This document shows, piece after piece, positions 58,313 through 64,000 of a stretch of DNA of 64,000 nucleotides. Origin of the DNA: a bacterium (lineage in GTDB: Bacteria; Electryoneota; JAOADG01); assembly GCA_963681965.1 (NCBI GenBank), contig OY820579.1, forward strand, positions 1,376,001 to 1,440,000. The letters are read 5' to 3'. Position 1 is the first letter of the stretch; each line of letters starts with the position of its first letter. The notes beneath the pieces are model-generated. The model was given only the letters and a program-made list of their open reading frames with translations. It made no database searches and was not told the DNA's origin. Both the position numbers and the translations under genes were made by a program.

Positions 58313-59068
58313 TTACCGCTCGAGCATTACAGCATACCCGCCATTCGTCGTGATCGGTAGCGGATTATTGTCGTACGCAGCACCGACACCCCCGACTTCA
58401 ATCCAACCACTCGGGCGTAGTGTCTGCGGTGTCAAACCAGTAAAGGCAAAGAAGCCCCACGAATTCGTCGTAGTGGTTTGCAATACCACTTCGGCGGCAT
58501 TCAAACATCGTACCGTTACACCAGACACACCGATCCTGCGTGTCATGGCATTCTCATTATAGTCGGCACACACTCCGGCAATCTTCACATCGCTACCCAT
58601 CCGGGTATAAGCACTGTACGTAATCAAATTCGTCGAGGATCGACTCGCGGCAATCATCACACCATTGCTGTTGCTAAGGGTAATAGTCTGTTCTTGTGAA
58701 TCGCCGACACGAAACGTATCAGGACTAGCACCTGATTGATAGACTGTATCGACCGTCATATGTAAAGTCGGTGGATTGTAATGTCCGTGTCCAGCCATAC
58801 GCAACGTAATGACACCATTCGTTTTGTGCTCATACACATAATAGCCGCTGGAGTCGATTCGAAGATAAGCTGAATCCGCAGAAAAAGCGGAAACGGTATA
58901 GTTTGACGTTCCGGAAACTTGCTGCGCCCACACGGCATGTCGCCAATTACCAACTAAATCGTTGCTGGACTGCGTGCTAGATGGATTACTGGAGCTGTCG
59001 GAAGAACAGCTCAACATCGTTATACTCATCAGAATTCCGATGATACTAATTAGAAGAAAACGTGACAT
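58313..59068 (-). CDS. Hypothetical lipoprotein (lipocalin-like N-domain plus carboxypeptidase-regulatory-like C-domain, tentative)
   Basis: Lipobox MLSC, Ser-rich linker, LVGNW; GVTV...TTTNSWGFFAFTGL; RBS gagg before ATG 59068. Confidence 0.65.
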   Translation of the reverse strand: MSRFLLISIIGILMSITMLSCSSDSSSNPSSTQSSNDLVGNWRHAVWAQQVSGTSNYTVSAFSADSAYLRIDSSGYYVYEHKTNGVITLRMAGHGHYNPPTLHMTVDTVYQSGASPDTFRVGDSQEQTITLSNSNGVMIAASRSSTNLITYSAYTRMGSDVKIAGVCADYNENAMTRRIGVSGVTVRCLNAAEVVLQTTTTNSWGFFAFTGLTPQTLRPSGWIEVGGVGAAYDNNPLPITTNGGYAVMLER

Positions 59069-59171
59069 CGAATACCTCAATTTTATGAATCACTATATCA
59101 ATAGTACGAGAATACGGATGAATACTCGATTTCAAAATAATAATCTGGTACTATTGTAAATAATCAGTGAT

Positions 59172-60320
59172 TTACTTCACTCTTAAAAATTCACCCACTT
59201 TTCGGTTTTGTAGATCGGTAAATTTGGGTATTCCGGTGACAATTAATGGTCGATCGGGAACCGTTTCCGTCCAAGCTGCGATATAGGCATTGATTGCCGA
59301 CAAATGTCGACCGCACCGTGTTTCCAACGAAATCCCGGTTTCCGGGTAATCCACTTTGAGCAATCCTGTTGCTACCGCTTTGAAATAGGCAGCATCGGCT
59401 CCTTGAACAATCATTTCATTCGTTGTTTTCCCGCGAAGCCGCCCTTGTGCCACATTCGCCGTCTCTACCAGAATCGGCTTCGTATTGGTATGATCGCCCA
59501 ATTCGCGATGCGACAGTCCACGCAACTTCTGTGGCGACGGCTCGAAACTGTATTTCAGATCTTCCCCATCCAATTCCATCAGAGCTGTCGATGCTAACTC
59601 CATCGAATTCTCGTGTGCAATCAGAGCATTGATCACCGGATATTCTAGCGACGCTTCGTGCATGTCGATCGTCAGATCGATCTTTTCTGCCATAACCATC
59701 GCTGTTATTCCTGCCGTTACCCGTTCGGTAAACAATCCACAACTATCACCGGGAAAGCAGCGATTCAAATTTCGCAGATCTTTACCTGATAACAATTGAC
59801 CACTCGGCACGTGTGGTTTTACATCCGGTGTCGGCCACTGATCCAGCATATTCGTCAAGCGCGAGCCGAACTGCACATGAATTGTTTTGCCGTCCGCCAC
59901 CGGCAACGTGTAAAAGGGTGGGTGTCCTTCACCAGGTTCAGTAGTCGAAAATCCGGAAGCATTCGCGCGCGGGATAATAAAAAGTCGACCCCGTTCCATC
60001 TTCGCAGTCGATAACGCCACCATCGCCGAAACATGTCCTGCCGGTTCATCGGGATGAGTGCCGCCAAGTAGCAATAACGATCCGCTATTTTCAGCAGTAG
60101 CACCTTCTGCAGCGAGAATGTATACTTCCGTATCGCCGCGCGTACCTTTCAGCCACGGTGCCCATTCCGACAACAAATGAAATTTAGCGTTGGCGGGAAT
60201 CGCGATCGGTAATGAATGCTCGGCGCGTTGCCGATAAAGCGGAACGCCCCCAAGCACCGCTAGTGCCAGCGCCATCGTCAGCCAGAAGAGACCTTCCCAG
60301 TGATGCCAAAACTTGTTCAT
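59172..60320 (-). CDS. Succinylglutamate desuccinylase/aspartoacylase (M14-like) family protein with N-terminal TM anchor
   Basis: GGTHPDEPAG, NLNRCFPG, IDMHE zinc-carboxypeptidase-fold motifs. Confidence 0.8.
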   Translation of the reverse strand: MNKFWHHWEGLFWLTMALALAVLGGVPLYRQRAEHSLPIAIPANAKFHLLSEWAPWLKGTRGDTEVYILAAEGATAENSGSLLLLGGTHPDEPAGHVSAMVALSTAKMERGRLFIIPRANASGFSTTEPGEGHPPFYTLPVADGKTIHVQFGSRLTNMLDQWPTPDVKPHVPSGQLLSGKDLRNLNRCFPGDSCGLFTERVTAGITAMVMAEKIDLTIDMHEASLEYPVINALIAHENSMELASTALMELDGEDLKYSFEPSPQKLRGLSHRELGDHTNTKPILVETANVAQGRLRGKTTNEMIVQGADAAYFKAVATGLLKVDYPETGISLETRCGRHLSAINAYIAAWTETVPDRPLIVTGIPKFTDLQNRKVGEFLRVK

Positions 60321-60499
60321 TTTACACCCAACAAGCGAAGCAACAATGGTACCAAAACTAGCGCTGCAACTAATTTTTCCTGAGGAAGTGCCGAACGTAG
60401 CGGGTTACCCGCAATCGGTTTGCGCAGCAATGACCACACTACCGCTATTAATAGTAAAGCAGTAAATCCGTAATAGACATAGTAAAGAAATTGGTACAT
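60317..60499 (-). CDS. Small two-TM membrane protein
   Basis: ATGA overlap with the downstream gene; ends LVPLLLRLLGVK. Confidence 0.65.
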   Translation of the reverse strand: MYQFLYYVYYGFTALLLIAVVWSLLRKPIAGNPLRSALPQEKLVAALVLVPLLLRLLGVK

Positions 60500-60514
60500 G
60501 TTTCAATTTTACCG

Positions 60515-61789
60515 TTAATTCATACCCAATAATCCGGTGACAAATTTTGCATTCCACAAAATCACCAGCGCCCACCCGACTCCGATAATGAGCCACGGTA
60601 GTGCCGGTTTCAATAATGTTAAGTAGTTCTTTTCGCCGACAATTTCCGCCGCAAACGTTCCCGCCAATGCTGTTGGCGGCATCATATCACCTAGACCAGC
60701 ATACAACGATAGCGCAGCGCCGACGACGATTTCATTGCCGCCCAGCATCGCTAATAAAATCGGAACACCGAGTACTGTTGCCGAGCCAAATGCCGATAGC
60801 GCACCGAAAAGCGGCATTACGATTGCTGCTGCTAAGGGGAGTAATGGTTTCGGTAAGAGCAACGTTGAAACAACCAGATCGCCACGTCCGCCAATCAACG
60901 CCAATGCTTGCAAAAATGTCCCGATACCAACCAGAATTGCCGCAACCGGTAAGGTTGATCGATATGCTAAAATTGCGGCTGCAAGTTTCCGTTGTTTCGG
61001 AACAAACGGCAGTGTCAGTGTCGTACCGAGTAAGAACAGCGCCGGAATTCCGGGATCGCGAACCATATTTGGAATAAACCGAATGACCATCAACAGTGTA
61101 ATCACAATGACGAGTGGCAATAGCGCAAATAACTTCGTCGCTGATACCGGTTCCGTGTACTTCTCAAGGTGCAATGTTCCTTGCGCTTTGAGTGTCCGGC
61201 GTAACGCCGGGTATGCCATCCCGAAGGCGGTGATCAGAGCTGGTGGAATCGTCAATAGCAATAATGGTTTATCGAAACCAAGGAACGGCATATCGACGCC
61301 GTTGGCGAGCATCATGACCGGAAGATTAATCGGAGGTGCAATCATGCCGTAGATTGCGAGGAGCGCAATCAGTGCTCCGGTTTTTCGTCGTTCGACACCA
61401 AGATCGATCAGTAGCGGAGCGGTCAATGCACCGGTTGTCAAGACTGCGGAACTACTGAGACCGGTAACTGCCCCCGGCATCAGGAGAAAAAAAGTAACGG
61501 CGACAATAAATGCCGCTGGTGAGCGCGAGGTTCCACGCAATAGCAAACTGCGCAATGTTCGTAATGCGCCCGCTTCTTCCAGCATCCGCAAAAATAGCAG
61601 TGCCGCTGCTACGATCAGTAGCGGATCGATAAAAACGAACATTCCTTCAACTAAATCGCGCCAAGGGAGACCGTAGCCACCGATCAGACATCCTGCCACA
61701 CCGGCAAGAAACAGCGCAATACCGCGAGGTAATTTTACTGCGAACGACAACACGCCGAAAATGGCGATCATGACAAGTAAGTAGATCAT
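60515..61789 (-). CDS. IT-superfamily permease (TRAP DctM-like large subunit)
   Basis: About 11-12 TM; GMIAPPINLP and GDMMPPTALAG. Confidence 0.75.
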   Translation of the reverse strand: MIYLLVMIAIFGVLSFAVKLPRGIALFLAGVAGCLIGGYGLPWRDLVEGMFVFIDPLLIVAAALLFLRMLEEAGALRTLRSLLLRGTSRSPAAFIVAVTFFLLMPGAVTGLSSSAVLTTGALTAPLLIDLGVERRKTGALIALLAIYGMIAPPINLPVMMLANGVDMPFLGFDKPLLLLTIPPALITAFGMAYPALRRTLKAQGTLHLEKYTEPVSATKLFALLPLVIVITLLMVIRFIPNMVRDPGIPALFLLGTTLTLPFVPKQRKLAAAILAYRSTLPVAAILVGIGTFLQALALIGGRGDLVVSTLLLPKPLLPLAAAIVMPLFGALSAFGSATVLGVPILLAMLGGNEIVVGAALSLYAGLGDMMPPTALAGTFAAEIVGEKNYLTLLKPALPWLIIGVGWALVILWNAKFVTGLLGMN

Positions 61790-61962
61790 GCGATAACGAA
61801 TCTTTCGATGATTGCTGCGATTTTACAGCTAAAAGGTACGCTGTAAATAGGTTAAGGCAAAATCGATTTACTTTTACACTTGGTTGAAAACGGTTGGACT
61901 TTCGACGTGCGACAAATTACCTTGGGAGCACGTGAGTTGTAGTAAAATTAGGAAAGTTGGAA

Positions 61963-62385
61963 ATGGTCATCGATTTATCGGCATTACAAACAGCGGTGGG
62001 ATCGTTAGAGCGAGCGCTAACTGTCAAGCACAACAAAGCTTTTATGGAAAAGCTTTCCCCTGCTGAAGCCGAGACGATAAACTACGGTGTGATACTCTGT
62101 TTCGAGTTTACGTTCGATTTATGCGGTAAATTTCAAAAACGCTGGATGGATGTTCACTTTGGATCAGCCAGTACCGAAGGGATTCTTCGGAAGGAATTCT
62201 ATCGCCGTTGTGCTGAAAAAGGTTTGAATATCGACGTAAAACGCTGGATGGAATTCTACGAGGCGAGGAGCGCTACCGGACACACTTTTGATCAGGCAAA
62301 TGCAGAAGCAATTGCCAATGTCGCGACCCGATTCTATACCGATGCGCGGCGATTTCTGATTTCGATCGTAGCCGCAAATAAATGA
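61963..62385 (+). CDS. HI0074-family nucleotidyltransferase substrate-binding (HEPN-like) protein
   Basis: GVILCFEFTFDLCGK resembles 'GvIqrFEftyEl.wK'; WMEFYEARSATGHTFD. Confidence 0.75.
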   Translation: MVIDLSALQTAVGSLERALTVKHNKAFMEKLSPAEAETINYGVILCFEFTFDLCGKFQKRWMDVHFGSASTEGILRKEFYRRCAEKGLNIDVKRWMEFYEARSATGHTFDQANAEAIANVATRFYTDARRFLISIVAANK

Positions 62386-62461
62386 ACGTCGGTTTCCCTT
62401 TATCACCTTATCATATTTGAATTCAACCACCATAAATCAAACTCAATGCCGAGATACTTAT

Positions 62462-62947
62462 ATGACAATTGATACTGAATCAAACCGAATGTTTCTCCGT
62501 CATATTCTTGCCACGATTGCCTATCGGATCCGGAAACCACTCACCAATATTCCAGACAGTTATCCCGGGTACCGTGTCGGCGAGCAATCGATGACGCCAC
62601 TCGAATTGTTTTCGCATCTAGCTGACCTCTTTGAATGGGCACTATCGATGGCTCGTGGAGAGAACAAGTGGGAATTTAACAAACCGCAATCGTGGGAAGT
62701 GGAAGTAGAACGATTCTATTCGGCACTAAAGAATCTTGACGACTATCTGGCTTCCTCGGAAATAGTGCACTGCTCGCTGGAACGACTTTTTCAGGGACCG
62801 ATTGCCGATTCGATGACACATGTCGGACAACTCGCAATGCTTCGCCGGCTTGCAGGATCGCCAATTCGCGGTGAGAATTATTTCGTCGCCGATATTGAAG
62901 TGGGTTCGGTAGGAAAAGACCAAAAGAAGGCGGTGAGGGAGTTTTAG
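62462..62947 (+). CDS. DinB-like hypothetical protein
   Basis: LRHILATIAYR, TPLELFSHLAD, QGPIADSMTHVGQLAMLRR. Confidence 0.7.
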   Translation: MTIDTESNRMFLRHILATIAYRIRKPLTNIPDSYPGYRVGEQSMTPLELFSHLADLFEWALSMARGENKWEFNKPQSWEVEVERFYSALKNLDDYLASSEIVHCSLERLFQGPIADSMTHVGQLAMLRRLAGSPIRGENYFVADIEVGSVGKDQKKAVREF

Positions 62948-62992
62948 GAGATAATCTACCCACTTTGTGGTGTTATGAAATTTAGAGTTATT

Positions 62993-64000
62993 CTATACTT
63001 TTCTGTTAATTAAGTTCGACATTAAATACTTAACATTCTCTATCGACGGATTAAAAAAATTCATACGTTGTAGGATATACTCAGCAATTTCTGAAGCATT
63101 GTCGATTGGCAATATTCTCCAATTCGCGATGCTTTTGCTTGCATTATACTCAATATCATTTTCCGATGAAGAAAATCTTGTCATTCGAGAGAACCCAAGA
63201 TTCGAGCTAGTTTTAAGAAATTTATCTTTTACTCCTTTCAAAGCAAATTGTAACGAGACTTCTTGTTCGATATTTTCAAACTTCTCGAAAAATTGATTTA
63301 ATAACAAAAGACACTCGATTGCTGAGTATGCAATAATTTCGTAAGAGATATACTTTTCTTCAATGCCTTTCAAATCGCAATACCTATCTTCCCACAGTTC
63401 TTCAATGATATAAATTAAACCAGATTCTTCCAGTTCCCAAAATTGAATACCCGCACCAAATAAATCATCTTCTCGCGAAATTATAACACTCCTGATTCCC
63501 TTTTTTACAGCCTTCACTAAATTGGTGTCAAATTTGTTACAAAAAAGCATCGGCCACCCTCTATACTCGACACTGATTTGCTGCGCCAATTCGGTCAATT
63601 CCTTAATTTGGTATCTTCTCTCAACATATTGACTTGGATAGATGATTATTTCTCTATAGCTTCGATTCCTATTTTTATAGGGATTCACGTTGTCAAAATC
63701 AGCTCTTAGTCTCTCAATGTCCTTTAAATATCGATCTTCAGGTTCTGTTGGTAAACTAGTTATGCCATGTTTTAATATCGAAGAAAACATTGAAACTAAT
63801 TGATTCGATCTGTTTCGAATAGCTTTTTCAATAAGCTCAGAAAAATCTTTTGTGGAAACGATTTCAATCGATTCGTTGTTATCAGAACGGATGTATAATG
63901 CCGCTTTTCGAAGAATGTTGGGAAATTCGGACTTGCAAAGATGAGGCGTTGATTTGAACTGTGGAATCTGCAATATTCCAAAAAATTTCTCATTTTCATT
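62993..64000 (-). CDS. AT-rich protein, probable AlbA_2/Schlafen-domain family, C-terminal part (start outside window)
   Basis: Frame open to the window edge; GILQIP...PHLCK...ALYIRS...ES resembles the end of an AlbA_2 domain. Confidence 0.5.
   Translation of the reverse strand, partial: NENEKFFGILQIPQFKSTPHLCKSEFPNILRKAALYIRSDNNESIEIVSTKDFSELIEKAIRNRSNQLVSMFSSILKHGITSLPTEPEDRYLKDIERLRADFDNVNPYKNRNRSYREIIIYPSQYVERRYQIKELTELAQQISVEYRGWPMLFCNKFDTNLVKAVKKGIRSVIISREDDLFGAGIQFWELEESGLIYIIEELWEDRYCDLKGIEEKYISYEIIAYSAIECLLLLNQFFEKFENIEQEVSLQFALKGVKDKFLKTSSNLGFSRMTRFSSSENDIEYNASKSIANWRILPIDNASEIAEYILQRMNFFNPSIENVKYLMSNLINRKV

Noticed and set aside
1-64000. tRNA, rRNA, IS transposase or prophage genes
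   Set aside because: No tRNA T-loop/cloverleaf, rRNA signature, transposase, integrase or phage structural gene was recognised by eye. A tRNAscan/Infernal run would be needed to exclude small RNAs.

Overview
A bacterial chromosomal window of moderate GC. Secreted proteins with 'YPNPFN...K' C-terminal sorting tails, a TonB-dependent receptor, porins and a group-II GGGP synthase suggest an FCB-superphylum-type organism. An MCP and a PilZ protein suggest motility. Both taxonomy and motility are inferences. Housekeeping and metabolic content includes a MacB-type ABC transporter, pyrF/pyrE, a PlsC-PgsA fusion, thioredoxin, TerC, a complete hoxEFUYH bidirectional NiFe hydrogenase operon, alaS, hmgA, pduO, DedA, an M1 peptidase and iorAB. 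The strongest candidate for an undescribed system is at 43255-47878. There, five tandem paralogous genes share an indel-free 34-aa Pro/Tyr/Trp leader placed in front of a lipoprotein-type signal peptide, followed by a short hypervariable Gly-rich segment and a conserved body, and the array is coupled to a radical SAM/SPASM enzyme. The second candidate is a small GIY-YIG nuclease gene embedded in an array of palindromic repeats whose copies are scattered across the window (54737-55789). Also notable are REP-like palindromes inserted in frame in a secreted-protein gene, a Type ISP-like methylase/nuclease with an AT-rich specificity region followed in frame by an orphan secretion tail, a porin/periplasmic binding protein/MCP triad, and a structured leader before a MerR-like gene. 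No rRNA, tRNA or CRISPR array was recognised.
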